Below, piece by piece: positions 24,540-36,905 of a stretch of DNA of 64,000 nucleotides (positions are counted from its first letter, which is position 1; every line of letters begins with the position of its first letter). A model generated the notes under the pieces. The model was not told the DNA's origin and searched no databases. It worked only from the letters and a program-made list of their open reading frames with translations. Both the position numbers and the translations under genes were made by a program. This stretch comes from Squalus acanthias (taxonomy: Eukaryota), in contig JASTWF010000418.1 of NCBI GenBank assembly GCA_030390025.1, positions 124,001-188,000 of the forward strand, given 5' to 3'.

Positions 24540-26600
24540 CAAGCTTGACTGTCCCAGGGATTGTGTCCTTACATAACAGAGAGGGTTGATGAGGGTAGTG
24601 CGGTAGATGTCATATATCTGGACTTTCAAAAGGCGTTTGATAAAGTACCACATGTTAGCAAAATTTAAGCCCGTGGGATTAAAGGGACAGTGGCAGCATG
24701 GATTTGCCGAGGGGACAGAAAGCAGAGAGTAGTGGTGAACGGTTGTATTCCAGACTTGGGGGGAGTACACAGTGGAGTCCCCCAGGGGTCTGTATTGGGA
24801 CCACTGCTCTTTTTGATATATATTAATGACCTGGACTTGGGTATACAGGGCATCATTTCATAGTTTCTCGATGATACAAAACTCGGAAATGTAGTAAACA
24901 GTGAGGAGGATAGTAACAGACTTCAGGAGGACACAGACAGACTGGTGGAATGGGCAGACACGTGGCAGATGAAGTTTAATGCAGAGAAGTGTCAAGAGAT
25001 ACATTTTGGTAGGAAGAATGAGGAGAGGCAATATAAACTAAAGGGTACAATTTGAAAGGGTGTGCAGGAACAGAGAGACCTTGGGGGTGTCCGTACACAA
25101 GTCTTTGAAGGTGGCAGGGCAGGTTGAGGAAGCGGTTAAAAAAGCATACAGGATCCTCGGGGGAGAAATTCGGTATCGCCCCGTTTGGGGCGCGATTATC
25201 GGCCGGGTGCAAAGTTTAGCGCCTGGCGATAATTATCGCCTCCGACTGCAAACTTGGCTTCTATCGCCCCTGGATGTGATCGGAGCGCTAAATCAGGCGC
25301 TACACACCTCTCTTAAGGCGCTTACGCCGAGAGCGAGGCGCTAACTCAGAGCGCTGGCGAAGCTCATGTGATGTCAGTCAGCAATGGAACACAGACACAC
25401 TGGCGCCGGCCAGTTCTGAAAGGGGAGGGTCGATCTTGCTCTCCATCCACACCCTGCTCATTGCAGCCTTGAATCGCTGCCTGGAGAGACCTGTACCTCA
25501 AATCTGCTGGAAAGAACAATGGAGAGACCCAGGGAAAGAGCTCAGAGTGCAGCCCCCACAGTCTCTTCTAAATCGATGCAAGGAAGGTCAAATCAAAATG
25601 AACCTGCAAGGTGCTGCTCAGTACCCAAAACTCCTTCACACAGCATTGAATCTCTCCAGAAGTCTCTCTCTCTCAGAATGCGTGGTGCAAAAATGTCGCC
25701 GACAAAAAAAGGCAGGAAGCGGTCGCCTTTAAATAGCGCTCCCCCAGTCCCTTCCCGACTGCAAAACGCTCCCCTCAACTTGTCGTTGCTAGCGGCAGGC
25801 GGAAAGGCAGGGGGCGCCACTCAATATCCGGTCCGGGGTGCTACCGGGGCATTGCACGCTCGACTGATGTCACGATCTGCGGGCGCAGGAGATCGTGGCG
25901 GTAGTGTTTAGCGCGTCCGCAAAATGTCTGGTCAATTTCGCGAGCGGCGCAAACATCGCCACGCCCGGGCGCTAGTTGCTTTGCGACCCATTAGCACCCT
26001 CTTAGGTGCAAAGCAACTGAATATATCCCCCCTTGATTTTATAAATAGAGGCACAGAGTACAAAAGCAAGGAAGTTATGCTAAACCTTTATAACACACTG
26101 GTTAGGCCTCAGCTGGAGTATTGTGTCCAATTCTGGGCACCGCACTTTAGGAAGAACATCAAGGCCTTTGAGAGGGTGCAGAGGAAATTGACCAGAATGG
26201 TACCGGGGATGAGGGACTTCAGTTACGTGGAGAGACTGGAGAAGCTGGGATTGTTCTCCTTGGAGCAGAGAAGGTTAAGGGGAGATTGACCAGAATGGTA
26301 CCAGGGATGAGGGACTTCAGTTACGTGGACAGACTGGAGAAGCTGGGATTGTTCTCCTTAGAGCAGAGAAGGTTAAGAGGATATTTGATGGAGGCGTTGA
26401 AAATCATGGAGGGTTTTGATAGAGTAAATAAGGAGAAACTGTTTCCCGTGGCAGCAGAATACTTGCAGGGGAAACATTTTCAGGGCTATGGGCAAAGAGC
26501 AGGGGGGAGTGGGACTAATTGGAGAGCTCTTTCAAAGAGCCGGCACAGGCATGATGGGCCGAATGGCCACCTCCTTCTGTGCAGGTACTATGACACTATG
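24540..26600 (+). mobile_element. Degenerate CR1 fragment containing a MITE
   Basis: Frameshifted RT motifs on both sides of the MITE. Confidence 0.8.
25159..26031. mobile_element. Diverged member of the same MITE family, inserted into a CR1 fragment
   Basis: TIR GGGGGAGAAATT / AATATATCCCCC and internal similarity to 564-1456. CR1 coding sequence resumes on both sides (CTC/CTT flanks). Confidence 0.75.
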
Positions 26601-27553
26601 ATCTCTGTCCTGCCTCCATGAAAGGCCACATCCAGACTGACCTTTGAAGACTTAAAAAGCAATTAAAGTGGAGACAAGGGTGTCTAGAATTTCAACCGCC
26701 CGTAAGAACTTTATTATCTGGGTCACATTCCAAGGTATCTTTTAATCAGCGTTCAGCAGTTTGAGTGAACGATTGAGGAGGCAGCTTACACATGTTTACC
26801 TTAGGATAGATAACCAATCAGTGAAGGTGCATGCGGGCCAAGATCCAATCAGGTTGCAGGAATGAATTGTGCATGAGGCTGCCATGTGTATTGTAATGTA
26901 TAAAAATGTAGTGTTTGCTGTAACAATTTGGAGAAGTCTGTCTAAAGACAGAGCAGACTGTCTCCCCACCGGTGTAATAAAGACAGCTTGATTATCGATC
27001 TGAAAACCTTGTGTCGAGTGTTGGTTTAAAATACTCCACAACAGGACCTTCACCACAAGGACTGCAGCGGTTCAAGAAGGCGGCCCACCACCACCTTCTC
27101 AAGGGCAATTAGGGATGGGCAATAAATGCCGGCCTTGCCAGCGACGCCCACATCCCAGGAACGAATTAAAAAAAGAGGAACTGAAACCTACGCTGGTGGA
27201 GCAGAAGGAATGGGGGACGAGGAGAAGGATGTTGGAGGAGCGATGGGAGGGCGCAGGGTTTTTTTTAGGAAGGTTGTCACAGACGAAAGGCACGGGGAGG
27301 ATACGGAGGGAGGCGATCGCCAGGGTAAGAGTTTTGAGGTGAGTGGAGCTAGGAGCCTGGGGAGGGTTGGAGAGGACACGGGGCGGTGGGAGAGTGGGAA
27401 GACGTGGGCCATTGGGGGTTTGGGATGAGTTGGAGTTTGCCCAGGTCGGGTTGAGGAGACAGCCCGGAGAGGACTGCGGAGTGACCGGCGAGCGAGTCAC
27501 GACGCGCGAGGACCGGGGAGAAGCTCCACCCCCCTCACCAGAGGCTTCTTCAC

Positions 27554-27877
27554 CTCGCTCCTTCCTGAGCACCCGTTCCACCAGTTCTTTCGAGGACCGG
27601 TGTCCCACCACACAGGAGTAGCTCTGGCCCCTCTCCCAGGCTTCCGACGGGACGGAGAGCTGGCTGACGGCGCCGAAGGTCCCGTTGCTGTCTGGGGTCA
27701 CCGGGAAGGTGGTCCTTCCGCTTGTGACCTCGCTGCCCTGGGCTCTCCAGGTCAAGTACACGTCTCCAGGGTAGAAACCGGACACAAAGCAGGCCAGAGT
27801 TGTCGTCCCATCGTTGAGGGAACCCTCCCGCTGTCCCACTTCCAAGGTGCGTATTTCAGGGCTCTTCACCAGCTGGG
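27554..27877 (-). CDS. Copy B exon 9: C1-set domain C7 (duplicate of C5)
   Basis: 324 nt (alternative donor would end at 27539). Identical to C5 in protein except L/V after GFYPGD. Confidence 0.9.
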
Positions 27878-28059
27878 CTGAAATCACAACAGGAATGGGT
27901 TTAGAAATCCCGGGAGGTGTAGAGAATTTCACTCCCCAGGTCCTGGGAGTCCCCCCATCTGGGACTGCAAACCATCCAGTGAATCACATCCCTCATCAAT
28001 CCCACATCAAAGACCATCTCCTGCTAATCTATTCATCACACCAGATCCCCTACCACTCC

Positions 28060-29030
28060 CATTGTAGCCCATCCCTCTAGTCCCCTAACTCTCCCATCGA
28101 AGACCATCCCTCTAGTCCCCAACCTCTCCCATTGAAGCCTATCCCTCAGACTCCCTAACTCTCCCATTGAAGCCCATCCCTCTAGTCCCCTAACTCTCCC
28201 ATCGAAGACCATCCCTCTAGTCCCCAACCTCTCCCATTGAAGCCTATCCCTCAGACTCCCTAACTCTCCCATCGAAGCCCATCCCTCTAGTCCTCTAACT
28301 CGCCCTTTGAAGCCCATCCCTCTAGTCCCCTAACTCTCCCATTGTAGCCCATCCCTCTAGTCCCCTAACTCTCCCATTGAAGCCCATCCCTCCAGTCCTC
28401 TAACTCTCCCATCGATGCCCATCCCTCTAGTCCTCTAACTCACCCATCGAAGCCAATCCCTCTAATCCCCTAACTCACAGATCGAAGCCCATCCCTCTTA
28501 TCCTCTAACTCTCCCATCGAAGCCCATCCCTCTAGTCCCCTAACTCTCCCACTGAAGCCCTTCCCACCAGTCCCTTAACTCTCCCATCAAAGCCCATCCC
28601 TCTAGTCCCCTAACTCTCCCATCGAAGCCCATCCCTCTAGTCCCCTAACTCTCCCATCGAAGCCCATCCCTCTCGTCACCTAACTCGCCCATCAAAGCCA
28701 ATTTTTCTAGTCCCTTAACTCTCCCATCAAAGCCCATCCCTCTAGTCCGCTAACTCTCCCATCAAAGCCCATCCCTCTGCTACCCTTAATCTCCCATCGA
28801 AGCCCATCCCTCTAGTCCTCTAACTCGCCCTTTGAAGCCCATCCCTCTAGTCTTCTAACTCTCCCATCGAAGCCCATCCCTCCAGTCCTCTAACTCTCCC
28901 ATCGATGCCCATCCCTCTAATCCCCGAACTGTCCCATCGAGGCCCATCCCTCTAATCCCCTAACTCTCCCATCGAAGCCCATCCCTCTAGTCCCCTAACT
29001 CTCCCATCGAAGCCCACCCCTCTAGTCTCC
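28060..29030. repeat. 35-bp minisatellite (cccatcgaagcccatccctctagtcccctaactct); paralogue at about 32310-32910
   Basis: Direct reading. Unit number differs between the two duplicate cassettes. Confidence 0.9.
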
Positions 29031-29137
29031 CCACCCTAACCAGTTCCCCCTCACACATGCCGCCCTCCCCTACCCCAACCCCACCTCCCCTCCCCCTACC
29101 CTCTCCACCCCGCCCCCTGCCCCGATCGCTGACTCAC

Positions 29138-29458
29138 CGTCTCCTGCAGTGATCGTGCTGGTTACTGGGGTTGTCAGGGCCTCGTGTGTAACCTCACAGG
29201 TGTAACTGGCCCCCGAACCCCAGTCCTCCCCGGACACCGTCAACTCACTCCTGGACCTGTAGGTCCCGTCCGGGTTGGCAAGGCACGGCAGAGCCTGGGA
29301 GCCGCCGCCCACCTCCGACTCCGCACCGATCCACCGGAAGGATATCGTATCCGGGTAGAACCCAGTGGCGGCGCAGGCCAGCGTGGCGGTCTGATTGGTC
29401 AGAATCTCCTGGATCGAGGGAGGGACGAGGCGGACGGACGGAGGGGAGGGGGAACGGG
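29138..29458 (-). CDS. Copy B exon 8: C1-set domain C6 (duplicate of C4)
   Basis: 321 nt with intact splice sites. Identical to C4 in protein except I/V near the C-terminus. Confidence 0.9.
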
Positions 29459-29589
29459 CTGAGGGGGGAAAACAAAACATGGATTAGGAGCCAGGAATCT
29501 GCGGGAATGAACTCAACGTCACCTGAGGTCCAGAGAGAGAGCTGAAGGGTCCTCGCTCTCTGATGGGCAGTGGGTCAGAAAGGAGAGTC

Positions 29590-30410
29590 ATGGCTTTATT
29601 AATAGAGGCATAGAGTACAAAAGCAAGGAAGTTAAGCTAAACCTTTTATAAATTACTGGTTATGCCTCAACTGGAGTCTGGTGTCCAATTCTGGGCACCA
29701 CACTTTAGGAAGGATGCCAAGGCCTTGGAGAGGGTGCAGAGGAGATTGACCAGAATGGTACCAGGGATGAGGGACTTCAGTTACGTGGAGAGACTGGAGA
29801 AGCTGGGGTTGTTCTCCTTAGAGCAGAGAAGGTTAAGAGGAGATTGACCAGAATGGTACCAGGGATGAGGGACTTCAGTTACGTGGAGAGACTGGAGAAG
29901 CTGGGGTTGTTCTCCTTAGAGCAGAGAAGGTTAAGGGGAGATTGACCAGAATGGTACCAGGGATGAGGGACTTCAGTTATGTGGAGAGACTGGAGAAGCT
30001 GGGGTTGTTCTCCTTGGAGCAGAGAAGGTTAAGAGGAGATTTAATCGAGGTGTTGAAAAACATTAATGGTTTTGATAGAGTAAATAAGGAGAAACTGTTT
30101 GCAGTTGCAGGAGGGTTGGTAAGCAGAGGACACAGATTAAGGTAATTGGAAAAAGAACCAGAGGGGAGATGAGGAAACATCTTTTTACGCAGCGAGTTGT
30201 TGTGATCTGGAACGCGCTGCCTGAAAGGGCAGTGGAAGCAGATTCAATAGTAACTTTGAAAAGGGAATTGGATAAATACTTGAGGGGGAAAAATGTACAG
30301 GGCTGTGGGGAAAGAGCAGAGGAGTGGGACTAATTGGAGAGCTCTTTCAAAGAGCCGGCACAGGCACGATGGGCCGAATGGCCTCCTTCTGTGCGGGTAC
30401 TACGATACTT
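29590..30410 (+). mobile_element. CR1 3' fragment with an internal ~99-bp segment in triplicate
   Basis: [33 protein letters not shown] is encoded three times in tandem. Confidence 0.85.
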
Positions 30411-30492
30411 CGATCTCTGTCCTGCCTTCTAAATCCAGAGTGGGAAAGGGAGGGAGTTGGGGTTAAGAGTTAGAGGTTGAGGTAAGGAGTTA

Positions 30493-31205
30493 CCTGACTG
30501 CCTTTCATCACACCTCGGCAGAGAAACCATCAGGTCAGCCAGGAAGGCACCACATCAAAGACATAGCAAGATACAACTGAGACAATGAGGTGGGGTCACA
30601 GGGGTCTGCTGTCCTTGACTTCAGCAGTCAAGGACATTCAGACTCGGATCTGCGGGTAAGCGTTCTCCAAGGCGGCCTTCGAGACACACGACAACGCAAA
30701 ATCATCGAGCAGAAACTGATCGCCAAGTTCCGCACCCATGAGGACGGCCTCAACCGGGATCTTGGGTTCATGTCACGCTACATGTAACCCCACCTGACGT
30801 AGAGTCATCCAGACTCCAGTCGTCGTTGGCTTGTTCACAGAAGTGATTTCCAGTAAAAAAAAGTAAAAATTTTAAAGTTTATGGTTTTCCATACAGACGG
30901 CATTTGACACATTAGATCCCCTGTGACCCCACCTCATTGTCTCAGTTGTATTTTGCTGTGTCTTTGATATAATGTCTTCCTGACCTGATTGTTTCTCTGC
31001 TGAGGTGTGACGAAAGGCAGTCAGGAAGATTAACTGTAGTCGTCTGACATTGTACGCTACACAGGCATTGTTCTCTGTCTATATATGCTTTGCCGATTCG
31101 TGTTCCTTCACTTCACCTGACGAAGGGGCAGCAGCTCCGAAAGCTTGTGATTTCAAATAAAACTGTTGGACTATAACCTGGTGTTGTGCGACTTCTCACT
31201 TTTTT
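30493..31205 (+). mobile_element. Penelope-like element remnant (GIY-YIG C-terminus, inverted repeat, hammerhead motif)
   Basis: Peptide DLRVSVLQGGLRDTRQRKIIEQKLIAKFRTHEDGLNRDLGFMSRY; ~115-bp inverted repeat (30493-30607 vs 30914-31025); CTGACGA...GAAA core followed by AATAAA. Confidence 0.8.
31113..31150 (+). ncRNA. Minimal type I hammerhead ribozyme motif (Penelope-associated)
   Basis: TCAC (stem I) - CTGACGA - A - GGGGC agca GCTCC (stem II) - GAAA - GC - TT - GTGA (stem I'). Stem III is reduced to the palindrome AAGCTT. Confidence 0.75.
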
Positions 31206-31816
31206 TAAGTCAGAGCAGACTGTCTCCCCACCGGTGTAATAAAGACAACCTGACTATCGATCCGAAAACCTTGTGTCGAGTGTTGGTTTAAAATACTCCA
31301 CAACAGGACCTTCGCCACATGGACTGCAGCGGTTCAAGAAGGTGGCTCACCACCACCTTCTCAAGGGCAATTAGGGATGGGCAATAAATGCCGGCCTTGC
31401 CAGTGACGCCCACATCCCAGGAACGAATTTAAAAAAAGAGGAACTGAAACCTACGCTGGTGGAGCAGAAGGAATGGGGGACGAGGAGAAGGATGTTGGAG
31501 GAGTGATGGGAGGGCGCAGGGTTTTTTTAAGGAAGGAGGTCACAGACGAAAGGCACGGGGAGGATACGGAGGGAGGCGATCGCCAGGGTAAGAGTTTTGA
31601 GGTGAGTGGAGCTCGGAGCCTGGGGAGGGTTGGAGAGGACACGGGGCGGTGGGAGAGTGGGAAGACGTGGGCCATTGGGGGTTTGGGATGAGTTGGAGTT
31701 TGCCCGGGTCGGGTTGAGGAGACAGCCCGGAGAGGACTGCGGAGTGACCGGCGAGCGAGTCACGACGCGCGAGGACCGGGGAGAAGCTCCACCCCCCTCA
31801 CCAGAGGCTTCTTCAC

Positions 31817-32140
31817 CTCGCTCCTTCCTGAGCACCCGTTCCACCAGTTCTTTCGAGGACCGGTGTCCCACCACACAGGAGTAGCTCTGGCCCCTCTCCC
31901 AGGCTTCTGACGGGACGGAGAGCTGGCTGACCGCGCCGAAGGTCCCGTTGCTGTCTGGGGTCACCGGGAAGGTGGTCCTTCCGCTTGTGACCTCGCTGCC
32001 CTGGGCTCTCCAGGTCAAGTACAGGTCTCCAGGGTAGAAACCGGACACAAAGCAGGCCAGAGTTGTCGTCCCATCGTTGAGGGAACCCTCCCGCTGTCCC
32101 ACTTCCAAGGTGCGTATTTCAGGGCTCTTCACCAGCTGGG
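31817..32140 (-). CDS. Copy B exon 7: C1-set domain C5
   Basis: 324 nt, gatttcAG / GTGAAG. An alternative in-frame donor G|GTGAGG would end the exon at 31802. CFVSGFYPGDLYLTW, YSCVVGH. Confidence 0.9.
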
Positions 32141-33015
32141 CTGAAATCACAACAGGAATGGGTTTAGAAATCCCGGGAGGTGTAGAGAATTTCACTCCCC
32201 GGGTCCTGGGAGTCCCCCCATCTGGGACTGCAAACCATCCATTGAATCACATCCCTCATCAATCCCCCATCAAAGACCATCTCCTGCTAATCTATTCATC
32301 ACACCAGACCCCCTACCTCTCCCATCGAAGCCCATCTCTCCGGCTCCCTACCTCTCCCATCGAATCCCATCCCTCTAGTCCCCTAACTCTCCCATCGATG
32401 CCCATCCCTCTAGTCCCCTAACTCTCCCATCGAAAACCATCCCTCTAATCCCTGAACTCTCCCATCGAAGCCCATCCCTCTAGTCCCCTAACTCTCCCAT
32501 CGAAGCCCATCCCTCCAGTCCTCTAACTCACCCATCGAAGCACATCCCTCTAGTCTCCTAACTCTCCCATCGAGGCCCATCCCTCTAATCCCCTAACTCG
32601 CCCATCGAAGCCCATCCCTCTAGTCCCCTAACTCTCCCATCGAAGCCCATCCCTCCAGTCTCCTAACTCTCCCATCAAGGCCCATCCCTCTAGACCACTA
32701 ACTCTCCCATCGATACCCATCCCTCTAATCCCCTAACTCTCCCATCGAAGCCCATCCCTCCAGTCCTCTAACTCTCCCATCAAAGCCCATCCCTCTAGAC
32801 ACCTAACTCTCCCATCGAAGCCCATCCCTCCTGTCCCCTAACTCTCCCATCGATACCCATCCCACTAATCCCCGAACTCTCCCATCGAAGCCCACCCCTC
32901 TAGTCTGCCCACCCTAACTAGTTCCCCCTCACACATGCCGCCCTCCCCTACCCCAACCCCACCTCCCCTCCCCCTACCCTCTCCATCCCGCCCCCTGCCC
33001 CGATCGCTGACTCAC

Positions 33016-33336
33016 CGTCTCCTGCAGTGATGGTGCTGGTTATTGGGGTTGTCAGTGCCTCGTGTGTAACCTCACAGGTGTAACTGGCCCCCGAACCCCA
33101 GTCCTCCCCGGACACCGTCAACTCACTCCTGGACCTGTAGGTCCCGTCCGGGTTGGCAAGGCACGGCAGAGCCTGGGAGCCGCCGCCCACCTCCGACTCC
33201 GCACCGATCCACCGGAAGGATATCGTATCCGGGTAGAACCCAGTGGCGGCGCAGGCCAGCGTGGCGGTCTGATTGGTCAGAATCTCCTGGATCGAGGGAG
33301 GGACGAGGCGGACGGACGGAGGGGAGGGGGAACGGG
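33016..33336 (-). CDS. Copy B exon 6: C1-set domain C4
   Basis: 321 nt, ccccctcAG / GTGAGT. PPSVRLVPPS, CAATGFYPDTISFRW, YTCEVTH, plus an extra Cys in ALPCLA. Confidence 0.93.
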
Positions 33337-33729
33337 CTGAGGGGGGAAACAAAACATGGATTAGGAGCCGGGAATCTGCGGGAATGAACTCAACGTCACC
33401 TCAGGGAGGCTGGAGGACAAATCACGGCCCAGAGAGAGGGGCTGAAGGGTCCTCGCTCTCTGATGGGCAGTGGGTCAGAAAATGACCTCTCTCCCTCGGG
33501 AACCTGCAGATTCTACAAAGTAGTTACAGCACAGAAACAGGCCATTCGGCCCAACTGGTCCATGCCGGTGTTTATGCTCCACTCGAGCCTCCTCCCACCC
33601 TTTTCATCAAACCCCAACAGAATATCCTTCTACCCCTTTCTCCCTCTTATACTTACCTGTTTCCCCTTAAATGCATCTCTGCTTTTCATCTCCTTGTGGT
33701 AACGAGTCCCACCTTTTCACCACTCTCTG

Positions 33730-34700
33730 GGTAACCCAGGTATATGGAGACCAGGACTGTGCACAGTGCTCCAAGTGTGGTCTAACCAAGGTATATGGAG
33801 AACAGAACTGTACACAGTGCTCCAAGTGTGGTCTAACCAAGGTATATGGAGACCAGAACTGTGCACAATGCTCCAAGTGTGGTCTAACCAAGGTATATGG
33901 AGACCAGAACTGTGCACAGTGCTCCAAGTGTGGTCTAACCAAGGTCTATGGAGACCAGAACTGTGCACAGTGATCCAAGTGTGGTCTGACCCAGGTATAT
34001 AGAGACCAGAACTGTGCACAGTGCTCCAAGTGTGGTCTAACCCAGGTATATGGAGACAAGAACTGTGCACAGTGCTCCAAGTGTGGTCTAACCAAGGTAT
34101 CTGGAGACCAGGACTGTGCACAGTGTTCCAAGTGTGGTCTAACCAAGGTATATGGAGACCAGAACTGTGCACAGTGCTCCAAGTGTGGTCTAACCAAGGT
34201 ATGTGGAGACCAGGACTGTGCACATTGCTCCAAGTGTGGTCTAACCCAGGTATATGGAGACCAGAACTGTGCACAGTGCTCCAAGTGTGGTCTAACCAAG
34301 GTATATGGAGACCAGGACTGTGCACCGTGCTCCGAGTGTGGTCTAACCCAGGTATATGGAGACCAGAACTGAGCACAGTGCTCCAAGTGTGGTCTAACCA
34401 AGGTATATGGAGACCAGAACTGTGTACAGTGCTCCAAGTGTGGTCTAACTAAGGTATATGGAGACCAGGACTGTGCACAGTGCTCCAAGTGTGGTCTAAA
34501 CCAGGTATATGGAGACCAGGACTGTGCACAGTGCTCTAAGTGTGGTCTAACCCAGGTATATGGAGACCAGAACTGTGCACAGTGCTCCAAGTGTGGTCTA
34601 ACCAAGGTATATGGAGACCAGAACTGTGCACAGTACTCCAAGTGTGGTCTAACCAAGGTATATGGAGACCAGGACTGTGCACAGTGCTCCAAGTGTGGTC
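33730..34700 (-). repeat. Second 51-bp CR1-derived satellite, opposite orientation
   Basis: Same unit reverse-complemented, about 19 copies. Confidence 0.92.
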
Positions 34701-34757
34701 TGAAGGCGTGATCTAGCCTGGGGACCCTCGGTTGTGTATCAATCGCACGTCACTGAC

Positions 34758-35075
34758 CTTCGCTGCGGACCTGTGTCCTGATTGGCTCAGCCAGTGTCCG
34801 GTGAGACACCAGGCAGGTGTAGAGTGATCCTCTTGTCCACTGCGAGCTGGAGGCGGTCAGTCTGCTGATCAGGGTATAACTCCCGTCCGGTTGGATGGAG
34901 GGGCCGGTGTCCGCGAAGCCTGAACTGACCGGCTGACCGTCCACCTCCCAGGAGAGCGAGATGTTCCGCGGGTAGAAACCGGTGGCTCCACAGGTGAGCT
35001 TGACCTCGCTCCCGGCCGCGATCTCCTCAGGAGGAGGGCGGTGGAGGAAGGTGGAGGGAGGCTGCGGAGAGCGCA
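34758..35075 (-). CDS. Copy B exon 5: C1-set domain C3
   Basis: 318 nt, ctctctcctttgcAG / GTCAGT. CGATGFYPRNISLSW, DGSYTLISRL, YTCLVSH. Confidence 0.93.
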
Positions 35076-35215
35076 CTGCAAAGGAGAGAGTTAAACATTG
35101 TGAAGATCATTCTCCGGGTAATATCACTTTGAACAAACGCCCATTTATCTCGGCCCGTTGACACAGTAACACCTCCCAAGGTGCTTCACAGGAGCGATTA
35201 GCAAACAAAACATTC

Positions 35216-36710
35216 GATGGAATCTGGAACTGTACCCATGGATTGGAGGGTAGCTAATGTTACCCCACTATTCAAAAAGGGTGGTAGAGAGAAAGCGGGG
35301 AATTACAGACCGGTAAGCCTGACATCGGTAGTGGGGAAAATGCTAGAGTCCATTATAAAGGATGTAATAGCTGAGCATTTGAAAAACAGTGACAGGATCG
35401 GACAAAGTCAACATGGATTTACAAAAGGTAAATCGTGCTTGACTAATCTACTGGAATTTTTTGAGGATGTAACTGGGAAAATAGATAAGGGAGAACCAGT
35501 AGATGTGGTGTATTTGGACTTTCAAAAGGCTTTCGATAAGGTCCCGCATAAGAGATTAGCGGGTAAAGTTAAGGCACATGGGATTGGGGGCAAGGTATTG
35601 ACTTGGATAGAGAACTGGTTGGCGGACAGAAAGCAGAGAGTAGGAATTAATGGGTCTTTTTCCGAGTGGCAAGCAGTGACTAGTGGGGTACCGCAGGGAT
35701 CGGTCCTTGGACCCCAGCTATTCACAATATACATTAATGATCTAGATAAGGGAATTAAATGTAATATCTCCAAGTTTGCAGATGACACAAAGCTGGGTGG
35801 GAGTGTGTGCAGCGAGGAGAATAGCGAGAAACTCCAGGATGATCTGGACAGGTTGGGTGAGTGGGCAGAAGCATGGCAGATGCAATATAACGTGGATAAG
35901 TGCGAGGTTATCCACTTTGGTGTCAAAAACAGAAAGGCAGACTATTATCTGAATGCCAATAGATTGGGAGAAGGGGAAGTGCAACGAGACCTGGGTGTCA
36001 TTGTGCACCAGTCGCTGAAAGTAAGCATGCAGGTGCAGCAAGCGGTGAAGAAGGCAAATGGTATGTTGGCCTTCATAGCGAAAGAGTTTGAGTATAGGAA
36101 CAGGGATGTCCTGCTGCAGTTGTACAGGGCCTTGGTGAGACCACACCTTGAGTACTGTGTGCAGTTTTGGTCGCCTTATCTGAGGAAGGATGTTCTTGCC
36201 ATGGAAGGAGTTCAGCGAAGATTCACAAGGCTGATACCTGGGATGGCAGGAATGACATATGAGGAGAGATTGGGTCGATTGGGCTTATACTCACTGGAGT
36301 ATAGAAGAATGAGAGGGGATCTCATCGAAACATATAAAATTCTGACAGGTCTGGACAAACTAGATGCAGGAAGAATGTTCCCGATGGTCGGAGAGTCCAG
36401 AACCAGGGGTCATAATCTACGGATAACGGGTAAACGATTTAGGACAGAAATGAGAAAGAATTTCTTCACCCAGAGAGTAGTGAACCTGTGGAATTCTCTA
36501 CCACAGAAGGTAGTTGAGGCGAAGTCATTAAATATATTCAAGGATAAGTTAGATATATTTCTTAAAGCTAAAGGTATCAAGGGATATGGGGAGAAGGAAG
36601 GTACAGGGTACTGAGTTTAGATGATCAGCCATGACCTCATCGAATGGCGGAGCAGGCTCGAGGGGCCGAATGGCCTACTCCTGCTCCTATCTTCTATGTT
36701 TCTATGTTAT
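35216..36710 (+). mobile_element. Young 5'-truncated CR1 LINE (465-aa open RT frame)
   Basis: RT motifs, 3' UTR hairpin region and TTCTATGT tail. Confidence 0.95.
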
Positions 36711-36905
36711 GTTTCTAACCCGTGCTGTACCTGCCCTGGGAGTGTTTGATGGGACAATATGGAGGGAGCTTTACTCTGTATCTAACCTGTACTGCACCTG
36801 CCCTGGGAGTCTTTGATCGGACAGTGTAGAGGGAGCTTTACTCTGTATCTAACCCGTGCTGTACCTGCCCTGGGAGTGTTTGATGGGACAGTGTAGAGGG
36901 AGAGG

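Larger units (their letters stand above)
26949..33481. repeat. Intragenic tandem duplication of a two-exon cassette (about 26949-29581 vs about 31211-33481)
   Basis: Near-identical exons, flanking introns and 35-bp minisatellite in both units. Confidence 0.92.

Noticed and set aside
33730-34700. Many CACAGTG heptamers that might be recombination signal sequences
   Set aside because: They are part of the CR1-derived 51-bp unit. In the unit checked there is no ACAAAAACC-like nonamer at 12 or 23 bp, and there are no adjacent V, D or J segments.
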